Assembly: GCF_000150275.1 (NCBI RefSeq)
Contig: NW_002060962.1
Coordinates: 248,001 to 312,000 of the forward strand
Origin: Trichoplax adhaerens
Lineage: Eukaryota; Animalia; Placozoa
Direction of reading: 5' to 3'
DNA: 64,000 nt
In this document: in pieces, positions 26,276 to 37,942 of the stretch
How positions within the stretch are numbered: position 1 is the stretch's first letter
Layout of the letters: each line of letters opens with the position of its first letter
Made by a program: the position numbers and the translations under genes
Notes under the pieces: generated by a model
The model's database searches: none
The model's input: only the letters and a program-made list of their open reading frames with translations
Told to the model about the DNA's origin: nothing

Positions 26276-28393
26276 ACTATTGTAGAACATACGACTATCT
26301 ATCGAGAATGCATTTTGTAATTGGTAAGTCATTATTGAACGAGAAGAACTTATAACGTAATCTTTCTATATTTATTTATAAAAATAGCCGATAACGTCTT
26401 TACAATGCTATGTTTTATGTTAGGTGATAATCTGTCTTATTAATCTCTTCTTACTGTTATCTGAGATGAGTAGCAAGCATTTCTTCTCCTTCTTATGGTG
26501 TTCGTACTAACAAAAATGATACGATGTAAATCATAATCTAATTTCAACTTTAATTACCAACGCATAAATTTCGATCTCACTAATCCATTAATCATGCTTC
26601 CAATCGGATGAAATTAAATCTACCGAATGTATTATCTAAACTGTTATGGATGTGAAATAACAATAATGTTAATAAAAAAAGTAAATCCGTAAAAATGTGA
26701 GTATTATTATCGAAATTCGATACATTGATTGGCGACAATAGGCAAATTTTAAAATATTCAGAATGATAAGAAAAATGCCCTTGATGATATATTTAGACGA
26801 TATACTGTATAGAGTATGGCATCGGAGGGCTCAAGGTGGCCACAGGTCACTCAAATTCTAAATATTACTGGAGATATACATACAGTAAATAAAATGAAAT
26901 ACTAAGCGACATCTTTATAATCTTCGTTCAATAATGTAAAACAGAAGTGCTTTCAGTAGTTATCACTTAAAGAATCTAGCACTGTAGTTAACTTAGTATG
27001 CTGTTTGGCGATACATTACAAGAGTTGGCTCTTTAAACGCATCTGAAGACGCTACAAGTACGTCTTAAATGTTGTTAGTTATATACTCGTTATGATACAT
27101 TTTACTGTACCGGCTTTCTATTGCTTTAGTATGGCACACTCATCGTGTCTGATTGCAGCACTGAAACTCCCGATTTCTTTTTTACAATTATAAGATACTG
27201 ATAAGAAGTTATAGCAAGATTATAGTATATACGTAATGTCACAAAATACGTTGCTCTACGTCAATTCGATATGAATCAAATGTGATGATAACTTTTCGCT
27301 ATAAGTTTAAAATTTCCCTGTAAATTTTAGTATAGGATGTCGGCAGTTTACGTAATGAATTGAATGTCAAATTGACAGGTTGTGCTGAGTTTTAGTTGTC
27401 TCATCACTAAAACATGCAGATTAAAGTTTAGAATTTTCTTTAATGTGAACTATCACTGTTTGATAGTGTCCGAAAGAGTATTCTTAAGCTATCTGTCGAT
27501 AGCTTAAGAATTAAATATTTATACTTTTTATTTAATAGATAAAATCAAGATATAGTACACGTACCTTTTGAGCATTTATTATACTGATTACCATCCTTAA
27601 CTTATGACATAAAACGAAACCAGAAAATTCCATTATATTTTTGTAGTAAATTTAGTGAGTTATGATTAGACGATTGATAACCGTATCAAAATCAGCATAT
27701 GATAAAATAGCTTAATTTTACATTAGTAGAACGAAGAAATTATATGAATAGCTATCAATTCTGCTGAACTCTTGCATGGTTTTACCCGATGCTGCAAGTG
27801 CAGGTAGCCAAACTATAACTTTAAAGTCTTAAATAGCTAGCTATTCGATATCAGCTGTTTCTAACCCAATAGTCAAAAACTGACTACTATCTAAAACAGT
27901 TAATTTTGCCGAAATAATAATACGGTACTTCACCAGACATAGTATAGTGGAGTCATATATAGATACGTAAATATCGTGACACAGCAACCATATACTGTGT
28001 AATATAGAAAGAGAAAGCAGATAATCGAAATAATTTAATTAACCCGACATAAATAACGTAGTAAATATGAATAATAAATTGTTTCTATTTTTCAAAACTC
28101 AACTTACTATATTAATATACAATTTTAATCTTTTGTTGAAACATCATTTCTTAAATATTGCATAAGATTTCAAATTTCGACTACTAGCAATAATACTTGC
28201 CTTCAAATTATGGACGACTGTTGCAGTTGATATTGACAATTAGATAGCATGAAAATACCGAACTGAACATCGTACAGTATATAGAATTAAATCAGAATCG
28301 CTCTTATTTGACATCGGATATACTATCACGTAAGTAGAGACTACTGTCCTAAAAAATTTGTCATCTCTAATATAAGCCAATGAATAAGAAGTA

Positions 28394-31300
28394 TCATACC
28401 TCAGTTGCTCGACTGACAGATTTGTTACTGTCAAAGAAAATCTCAATTTCTTCTAATGTCTTACCTTTGGTCTCAGGTACAAAATAATATACAAATATTG
28501 CGGCGAGAAAGTTAAATCCAGAAAATATCCAAAGTACACCTTGTATAGAAATTATTTCACCTATAGGTAGAAATCCATAGCTGACTAGAAATCCCCCAGT
28601 CCAACCAATTCCGGCGCAGATACCGCCTACTTTACCGCGTACTCGTGATGGTAGGACTTCCGACATAACAAGATACGGTATTGAGCCCCATACACAATTA
28701 AAAGCCATAAAAAATGTAAATACACTAACCAACGCCAGCCAACTAGGGTTCAGAGATGCAGTATCAAGTAGGTGAAAGTAAAGCCCAAACGTAAAACTGC
28801 TCAACGACATCACTACGCTTCCACATGACAATAAAACCACCCTACCGAATCGGGCAGCTAGAAAATACCCGATAATGCTAGAAACTAGCTGAGATGTAGC
28901 AGCAATAAGATTTACCTAGGTAATTAGAGCAAGTCCATTATATGGAGTGATTAGTAAATATTACAGCATAAGGAAGGTAAATTTAACAAAGGTTAAGAAA
29001 GGTAAGACGCTAAACGCATAATGGTTACAATTGAAACAACACAAAATTTAGATAAAATGGTACATGAAAGTATAGTTTTAGATGTTTTCGGTACTTTATG
29101 AAGCAGTAGATTACGAGGGCACTTAAACGTATATCTATCGATAGCTACCTATAATCAGCTATATACACACTCTACATGTACATCATTTCTATAATATTAA
29201 AAGTCGTTAAATGGTACACTAACCACATCACTATCTTTAAATCCAGCTCTTTCGAAAATATAAGTGCAAAAGAACATGACAGGATTTATACCAGTAGCCT
29301 GTTGGAAAATAGTTAATGCTATACTGATTAAAAAAGGCTTTCGAATACTAGGGGAAAAAAGTTCTGAGTAGCCAACATTTTTCGTATTTTTGACGAGTTT
29401 TATTTCCTCTAGTTCATAATTAATATTAGCATCCGGTCCTCGTAACCATCTAAGGGTATAAAGTATAAATAATGATATAATAAATAGGAAATAATAAGCT
29501 TATTCATTCAAAATTTAGAGGCGCAGCACTAAAAAATTGTAATAAATGAGTTCCATTTGATAGTGATGTCAATCCATCGGAAAAAGAAGTGCTATTTATT
29601 TACCAAAATTGTTTACTCTATCAGAGCAATAATTAGCTGTAACTATAGGTTTGCCATTAAATCATGATTTAATTGTTATTCTATCTTATCAGAGCGGCAT
29701 CATAGGTATACTAGTAATGATGGCGCTAAGTCAATTGCAAGAAACCTAACCTTCGAAATGGAATATCAATTTCATCTTACGTGGTGAAGGTCTGATTTTA
29801 TATAGATGATACCGTAGTGGTATCTTTCATCTACAAGCCGAAATGTATAGTATAGTACCTTAATGTGTCAGAAGCTAACTCTTCATAGCCGTTGGATATC
29901 AGCCAACGAGGAGTTTCTGGCATAAACATCATGCTGAACGCCAGGATAGTAGCAATAACTTGACCTGCAACGGCTAAGAAATTCCAACTAACCAACATGC
30001 CTATAGCAGCACCAATGGTAGCACCAGCAGTCACTCCAACTTGAAGGAAAGCACCAAACATGCCACGTTTGGAAGCTGGTGCGATTTCAGAAAGATAAAC
30101 CTAAGTTAATTGCCCCAAAAATCGATTACCATCATTTATTACTAATAGTAGATAAAATTTACTTATTTTTTATCAATTCTTGTCAATGATTCCAATGTTT
30201 CGAAACGATATTTAATTTTAGATATCTAATAAAATTTATCTTAAGTGACAGAAACTAACAGAGCATGCAATGGATGCTATGCCAACGGAAATGCCGGTGA
30301 GGATTCGACCAATGTACAACGATGTGACACTCTGAGCGTACATGATTGCTACCCAACCAATCGATGAAGGTATGGATAAGAAAATTATAGCACTTTGTCG
30401 ACCATAAATATCTACAAGATAGCCACCAAAGAAACTTCCTATTAGAGCTCCCAGTAGCGGTAAAGCCTAAATTCATTATAATTATAATAATAATACAGAA
30501 ATTGAAATATTTTCATGGTGTAGTAGTACAGCATGTTGGACGTCGTTATTGATAGGTTTCACTGTGTAAGCCGAGTGGCCAACTAAGAGTACTATGAAAT
30601 GTAATTTTATTAAAAATAACTGTGATCCATAGCGCCTAAAAAACGCCAAAGTATTCTAACTTGTATTGCATTTTAGCATTCGCCACGACAATACATAGTG
30701 AATTAACAACAGTATCGTAGTGTGCAACTTTGTTTAGTTAACACCCTTCGACATTTACTCTATAATCAGCTGGAATACTTTACAATGAGTATTTTGTAAA
30801 ATTTGTTTTCACTTTTATAGGTATTGTTGTAATTTGTGATGCCATTTATTCTCCCGTTGTAATCCTATTACTTTCGCTAAGGCTTTGATTTAATAAATAG
30901 TAATAGATTGGTGTAAGCTGCAGTAAAGTAAAGATAACTATGATTGCAATGATAATGATTCTACTTTACTGGCCCGTACCCGTACGTAAATTATTATTTG
31001 CAGCATCGTCGTGTCGATAACTGTAGCAAAAATTTTAGCGTGCTTTACTCTATTTTTTTAAATAAGAAGATGAAAATATCACCCATCCAAAGATCACTCT
31101 TGTATTTCATCATTAAGTACAGTACAATCAGCACAATGGAGTATATGATATACCATCGTATAGACAATCATGCTCTATCATCATCAGGAGAACAATTTTA
31201 AAATACTGTACAGTCGATTTAGAGTGATTGATAAATCATTTTTGGAAGGCATTCTCAAACATGGAATAGTAAATAAGACATAAGCAATCTCAGATCAACA

Positions 31301-32548
31301 TGAATATTGATCCGTAATTTCAATATTGTTAAACTTGATTATGGATTTATCTTTCTGATGGTAGATAACGATAGGAGAATTGTTACAAAGATGTACGCGT
31401 ATAAAGAAGACGTAAGTGGTACAAAAGAACTTTTAATCTGACAGTGAATGATAAAACGATTTAATCATCAAAACTACAACTGCCAGGATATTCTGTCAGT
31501 ATTGCAAGTGATATTTTGAAGTCCACGATAGTAGTGCGATCCAGTAGTTTTCAATTACCATACACAAGTATGTCGATGAATCAAAATACTCATTGTTAAT
31601 AAGCAATTCAAGAAATAAACGACTATACAAACTATCAATAATGGAATAAGACATGTGTACAGTAGCCCTAACCATTTTGCATAAATTAACTTTGTACACT
31701 TGGTTTAATTAAGTTGTCCTACTGATACATTCATTACACATGGATTGATATTTCTGCCCCCCCCAAAAAATGAAGAAATCATTCAATCTCACGCGGCGCA
31801 AATCCAATTTAGGGGGATGATGCAGGACACCAATTTGATTTACGCCGCGTGAGATTGGACAAATCCAATTTACGGGGATGATGCATATTACTGTACATAT
31901 GATCGCAGGACACAAATTTGATTTGCACCGCGTGAGATTGGGCGAATTTCTTGATTTTTTTTTCAGATGTGTCAATACATGTCTAATTTCAAAAATGATG
32001 TATCAGCAGGACAGTTTAATTAACAGTAAATCAAGTTTACAAAGTAATTTATGCAAAACGGTTGGGGATAGCGTACAGTACTGGAGTACTACTGTACAAG
32101 TACTCTGTACTTTTAGGGTTTTTCATTCAGCATGTAGCCATCTGAATTCTTACGATTAAAACAGGACGTATATTACTAGTACACGCTAGTCATTCAAAGT
32201 ACAGCAAGCACAGAAAGTGAAATGTGTGAATATGTTACTTACACCAAATAATGAGGATGAATTCTCATCTAATCGCAGTGCACCCATGTGATTCGCCATC
32301 AATTGAGGAATAGCAGGAGCGGAATACTCAAACACAAATCCAAAATTGATCGTCCCTATCATTGCTATCAACGCTGCTAGAAATGTGTTCTTATTGGGCA
32401 TCGTTACTTGTTGCTTTTCTAAACCGGCATGATCGTAGCCAATGACGGTAATATTTCTCGATCGTGAAGTGGTAGAAGAATTGTGGCGAGCGCCTTCGCC
32501 ATTTGCTTTCATTTTTTCAGTATAGAAGTGGTTGCTTTCTTGACCCAT
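28394..32548 (-). CDS. Class III GLUT / Tret1-like sugar porter, copy C (~500 aa). Exons 32243-32548, 30260-30466, 29859-30100, 29224-29449, 28394-28915
   Basis: PETPRWL, QQATGIN, WGSIPYLVMSE and PETKGKTLEEIE motifs; conserved exon sizes; in frame. Start taken as the first true ATG (MGQESN). Confidence 0.9.
31656..32077. mobile_element. MITE-like foldback element (~420 bp, ~75-80 bp imperfect terminal inverted repeats) in intron 1 of transporter C
   Basis: Left arm 'tagccctaaccattttgcataaattaactttgtacacttgg...gtcctactgatacat' is the reverse complement of right arm 'atgtatcagcaggac...caagtttacaaagtaatttatgcaaaacggttggggata'. Internal inverted repeat aatctcacgcggcg / cgccgcgtgagatt. No coding capacity. 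Confidence 0.75.
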
Positions 32549-32914
32549 TGTCCTCCAAATGAGTACTGTATCAAGACTATCGTTGAGTATCTTGCCCAAT
32601 TCGATTACAGTAATGTAGTATTCACTGTAGATCTGCAATGCAAGTTGCGATGATGTTTTATCCAGGCTCTGGCTAAATTAGCCTATCGTAAAAGTTGAAA
32701 TCATTTTGATGATGTGGTGGAGTGAAATGGAATTCAATATTAAATATCGACAACATGCCACAGCAGCTAATACCTGGGTGTACCATACTGTACAGTGTAC
32801 AGTGTACAGTACAGTACTCAACGACTTCGTACTGTACACTGTACGGCCCAGATTGACGGCAGAGGTTCGTTTCGATTTTGTCCTAATCCGGCAGTAGACA
32901 GCAAAAATATGGAC

Positions 32915-33515
32915 ATGGATATTAACGAAGAGAAACTTTTCTCAGGATCTACGCTTAACTGATCATGTATGAGTAACATCTGGAAAAATCCGGACTCTAG
33001 GATATAAGTAATAATATTTGTACGTTCGGATTTTTCCGGACTATAGCAAGCCTAATAAGGGTTAACTTGAGTAGTCCACATACATTTAGTATAGCAGTGG
33101 AGAGCAAATAGATTGACTTGGATATTAACGAAGAGAAACTTTTCTCAGGATCTAGCTAGGTGGCATGATAAGATTTTAACTTGAGTAGTCCACATACATT
33201 GGTGTAGTGGTCCTTGTAGCTGTATAATAAGAACAGGAGTTGAGGTCCAACGTGGTAATAATGAATTAATTGATGAATTCAATTAATCCAAGGGTTGAAA
33301 TAATATTATCATGTGTACAATACTGTATACTGCACCGGGACTGTACTCTTGAGAAAAGTTTCTCAGGATCTAGCTAGGTGGCATGATAAGATTTTAACTT
33401 GAGTAGTCCACATACATTGGTGTAGTGGTCCTTGTAGCTGTATAATAAGAACAGGAGTTGAGGTCCAACGTGGTAATAATGAATTAATCAATGAATTCAA
33501 CTAAAATAATATTAT
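32915..33515. repeat. Nested recent direct repeats upstream of transporter C
   Basis: About 128 bp 'tctcaggatctagctaggtggc...gtaataatgaattaat' is identical at 33143 and 33361. 'tggatattaacgaagagaaacttttctcaggatcta' occurs at ~32917 and ~33119. Confidence 0.85.
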
Positions 33516-34059
33516 CATACGGGCTAATGTACACATTGTACAAGTGTGCGCCATATTCTAAATTCTTCAGATTTTTCAATGGCAAAGTAGAAAGAAATTA
33601 AATATTGCTGTGTGCCTTAACACTATTCTTGCATAGATGATAGCAGTAGCTACTAGCTACTGACATGTTGGTGTAAAGTACGGTATTTTGGACCTTAGTT
33701 TTAGTCCTATTTTTTTCGCCATTTTCTCTATCTAAAGAAAAAATAAGCATGCTTGTATATTGTACTTATATACTTGCACCTTCTTACTTTTGGCCACTTT
33801 CGCAATTCTCTCTCTGCTCTGCTTATAACACAGTCCTGTAGCGGTCCATAATTAACTTGTAAACACAGATGATTACACACATCACCAACCCTCCCTCCCT
33901 CCACTAATTATAATTAATCAAAACTTTACGGCCTGCTGGTATTTTTATATAGCCTGAAGGCTCAACAGCGGATTATACAATCGTAATAGAATTACTTTCA
34001 AATCTTTCAGTCGACTGTGGAAAGACCAGTCTTGCAAGGTACATAAAGTTGTCGTGTAC

Positions 34060-34287
34060 ACTGTACGCTAGGCCGAACCATTTTGCAAACAGTATATTAC
34101 TTGGTACACTTCGTTCAAGCTGTCTCGCTGGTATATTAGACATGTATTGACATAGTTAAAAAAAAAACCAAGAAATCGCGCGGCACAAATCAAATTTGTG
34201 TCCTGCATCATCCCGTGACTACTAATGTATCAGCAGGAGAGGTTCAGCCAAGTATACAAAGTAATTTATGCAACATAGTTACGGCTA
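34060..34287. mobile_element. Second, internally deleted copy of the same MITE-like element, in opposite orientation
   Basis: Same arms ('aaccattttgca...tacactt' and 'atgtatcagcagga...caaagtaatttatgcaa..gttacggcta'). Internal 'caaatcaaatttgtgtcctgc' is the reverse complement of sequence near 31906-31926. Confidence 0.72.
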
Positions 34288-35183
34288 GAATAGAGTAGAG
34301 CCAGAGTAAGAGCAGCAATGGATGAATGAATGAATTAAGGCAGAAGAGCTATGCACGGCACAGTTGAGAAAAATACTTTACACTGCAAATAAAAGTATGG
34401 TGCGGCGTTGAAGAAAATCTCAATGACTAAATCAAAATGGATTTTATCGTTGGCTAAACCAAGATCTTCTTTTAATAGTCCACGGCTAAATTAATGCACG
34501 CTTAGAAACGTCCAAATTGAAAATCATTTCAAACTGATTCCAAAAACTGTTCACTAATAGAACATGCAAAATAATCAGAATTAGACGACAGATCAATTCT
34601 CTCTAGCCTCCATTTTACTCCACAATCACGTCATCCACAGCATCGAAATATCGGAAATGAAGACGCAATATTGAATTCAATTTTAAACATCGAAACATGT
34701 AACATGCGTATAACATTTTCAATCATGGATCCGCATATACTCTTTTACGTAGATAAAAGGTAGATTTACATCTGTTGAAAAATAAACCTTACAGTAAATT
34801 TAATTTTTAATTAGAAATTGGATATGATTAATCTAATTATCCGATGGAAATATCCTCATTTAGTCTTTTTGTTATTAGTCGAAAATTCAAGTACTTATTT
34901 GGCAGCACTTACCAATATATCAACTATAAATTACATCTTCATCCATTACAAATATAAAGATATAGAATGAGTACAAAGTTTCCTAACACCGTCAACATTT
35001 TCCCTTTTTAGTGATACAACATGAACGTTAGTAGTTGTAAATAAGATTTGATCCATAATAAAAATATATATATATAGTCAAATTCTATACACGTATAAAT
35101 TCAAGGTATTTAATAAGACTCTAATGTAATCCATTCTCTCTATAAGTACGAGTATAATGTAATAGAGAGATATCTGTAATGTG

Positions 35184-37942
35184 CTAGACCATCGTTGTTT
35201 TATCCATCCTCTTCTTTTTATCGAAAATTTTTTCAATATCCGAAAACTTTTTACCTTTGGTTTCTGGTACACAGTAAAAGACAATAATTGCAATTAATAC
35301 GTTGAGGCCTGTATAAAACCATAAACTCCCTTGAACTGATATTGCCTGTGCCAGCGGTAAAAAAGCGTAACTAGCAGCAAATGCTGCTAAAAAACCAACG
35401 CTGGCAGATAGTCCAGATGCCACACCACGTACCCTGAGAGGCAGTATTTCGCTCATTATAGCGTATGCTAATCCTCCCCATGAAATATTAAATCCCAACA
35501 CATATCCACATGTACTAATGAAGCTTAACCAAAGTAGATTTAATGACATTGCTTCTAATAAATAAAAGTAAACTCCCAATAGAGCTCCAGAAACAGTCAT
35601 CAGCGCGCTACAACTTAATAGCAGTTTCACTCTACTAAATCGACCAGCCAAAGCATAGCCGACGCCACTACCAACAAATTGTGATATCGCCATAATCAAA
35701 ATAATCTAAGGGTAGAAAAATATTCATTCAGAAAATATAAGTTATGCTGAAAGAGAGCAATAAGACAACTAGATGATACGTTAGCAATGTATGCGTAGGC
35801 TGCCATGGTAATAAGCGTTTTTAGTTAGAAAACACTTACAGCATTAGTATCATGGACTAAAGCTACTATATCTGGTACAACTTTAATTATTAAAGCTCAA
35901 TCAATAATTATCCTTACCAGGCGAAAATCTTGAAAACCTGCCATTCGAAGTATGTACGGACAAAAGAATAAAACGGAATGAAAACCTGTCCATTTTTGAG
36001 CTATAAGTAAGAATAGACTGATCAAGAATGGTTTTCGAACTGAAGGAGACCATAACTCCGAATATTTAATTTGTTGGCGGTGTTTCAAACTCTCAATTTC
36101 TGTTAGTTCAAAGTTGATGTTTGCTTCAGGTCCTCGAAGTCGTCTGTAATAGATCAACAAGATCACTGTTTAATATTACAAGTAGAAATCAACAGTAACA
36201 ACTGTAATAGCTATCCAGCTGTAAAATCGTTTGCTACCTTAACGTATCAATAGCTGTTTTACGATAGCCATTAGCAATTAACCAATGTGGTGATTCAGGC
36301 ATAAATACCATTCCTATCGCTAATATGGTTGCGATTGCTTGCCCCGCTATTGCTGAGTATCTCCAAGTAGTAATCATGCCAATGGAAGCATTAAGAATAT
36401 ATCCAGTTGAAATAGCAAATTGAATAGACCCTCCGAGTAAACCACGCATTGAGGCAGTGGATATTTCCGACATGTAGACCTAAATTAGGGATGAGCTATA
36501 GTTTATAACTCTTTCAATAACTATCTACAATAATATGTTATACTACAATGTCTGTATAACATAGTGTTAATCTTACCGAGTAAGATACAGATGACATCCC
36601 AAGAGAAATGCCTGTTAATATTCGGCCAGCAAGTAATGCTGTAACTGTCTGAGCAGACACAATTATAAACCATCCAATAGTAGCTGGTATGGAGAGTGTG
36701 ATGAGAGTACATTGCCTGCCGAAATGATCTATCATCCTGCCAGCTATGATACTTCCGATAAAGGCACCCAACATAATTAGAGACTATATAACAGAAAGGA
36801 TTGACTCAATTTCCTTAAACATTCAATTAATTGACTACTAATGGATAGAAAATAACATTCTATCTGAAAGATGGGATTTTTAGTAACTGAAATTTAGTCC
36901 GTCGTATGAATTAATCACTGCAGTCGATTATGATTAGATGAGCAATTAAGTATTGCAATAGAATCGCTCGTTAATATACGGGTTTTAAGATACTAAAGGG
37001 ATAAAATGAATTTAATCCTGTCTTGAAAGATGCAATTTTCGGTGATTGGAATTGAGTCAGTCAAATGAATTAGTCATTGTAGCTGATTAAGAAAATAGTT
37101 AAATAGTACAATCGACTCATTCATCAATATACTTGTACTGATATAAAATAGACAATTTCTAGATAAAATGATATATTATGGATACATGTACACATTTCAA
37201 TTTTGACTGATTAAACGGATAAAGTGAAATTGATCCGTTTTAAATGAACACAAATGGGAAGATCGCAAAAAATTGACTAGCAAAAACGTTACCAAAATCA
37301 AATTGTTAATGGTTAATTTAATCGTTAACTGCGGTAATAATTAACGAAAAGGTAATTAGAACAGAAAACAAAAGCTTGGATGTATCGTTGCACTAAATCA
37401 CTTTTAGGCTTGGTGAATAAGTATATGAACTTGGATTAACAAGCTGAGATGGATATACAGTTAAATACTGTACAAGTATATTTGCAACATCTTTGTATTC
37501 GCTTAAGTGCTGTATTGCCTTGGTGTGACAGTTGCTGATTAAATATCTTTAGCTAATAATGAATTGGCAATGTACTGAAAGCTATGGCTCAATATAATAA
37601 CAGTAGAATATACTGTAGTTTGGCACTACGTATACTTACACCAAACCAAGCCACAGAATTTTCACTTAATTCTATTTGAGCTTCATCGGTCGTCAACTGG
37701 GGTATAGCCAGCGCGGTATATCCTAGCATATATCCAAAACTAATTAAACTAAGGGAAGCTATAGCAGTGGCAATAAATGGTATCTTATTTGAGGTAATAT
37801 GATGTTGCTTTTCCAAGGATCTTTTGTCATAGCCAATAAACGTTTCAGTGTTAGACGATGATTCAGGAGTTTTTATGGGAAATTTACTTTGCAATTTAAT
37901 TTCTTTCATTGTGAATTTATGTTCTGTAGTTTGAACTGACAT
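35184..37942 (-). CDS. Class III GLUT / Tret1-like sugar porter, copy D (~499 aa), most divergent pocket. Exons 37640-37942, 36577-36783, 36238-36479, 35918-36143, 35184-35705
   Basis: GRQ, PESPHWL, MSEILP and PETKGK motifs; conserved exon structure; in frame. TM7 reads QKWTGFH. Confidence 0.9.

Larger units (their letters stand above)
19030..26332 (+). repeat. Tandem segmental duplication of the PhzF locus: unit 1 ~19030-22635, unit 2 ~22626-26332
   Basis: Diverged homology between 19029-19360 and 22626-22995 and between 19795-20040 and 23037-23275. Near-identity between 20533-22575 and 24229-26275. Weak homology resumes after both stop codons. Confidence 0.9.

Noticed and set aside
27481-27510. 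Short hairpins (ttcttaagctatc...gatagcttaagaa; also ~58286-58320 and ~58756-58793)
   Set aside because: Isolated AT-rich palindromes with no RNA-gene or terminator context; expected by chance or from local fold-back.
31709-32159. Overlapping ORFs on both strands within the foldback element
   Set aside because: Short frames arising from the palindromic repeat; no transposase motifs.
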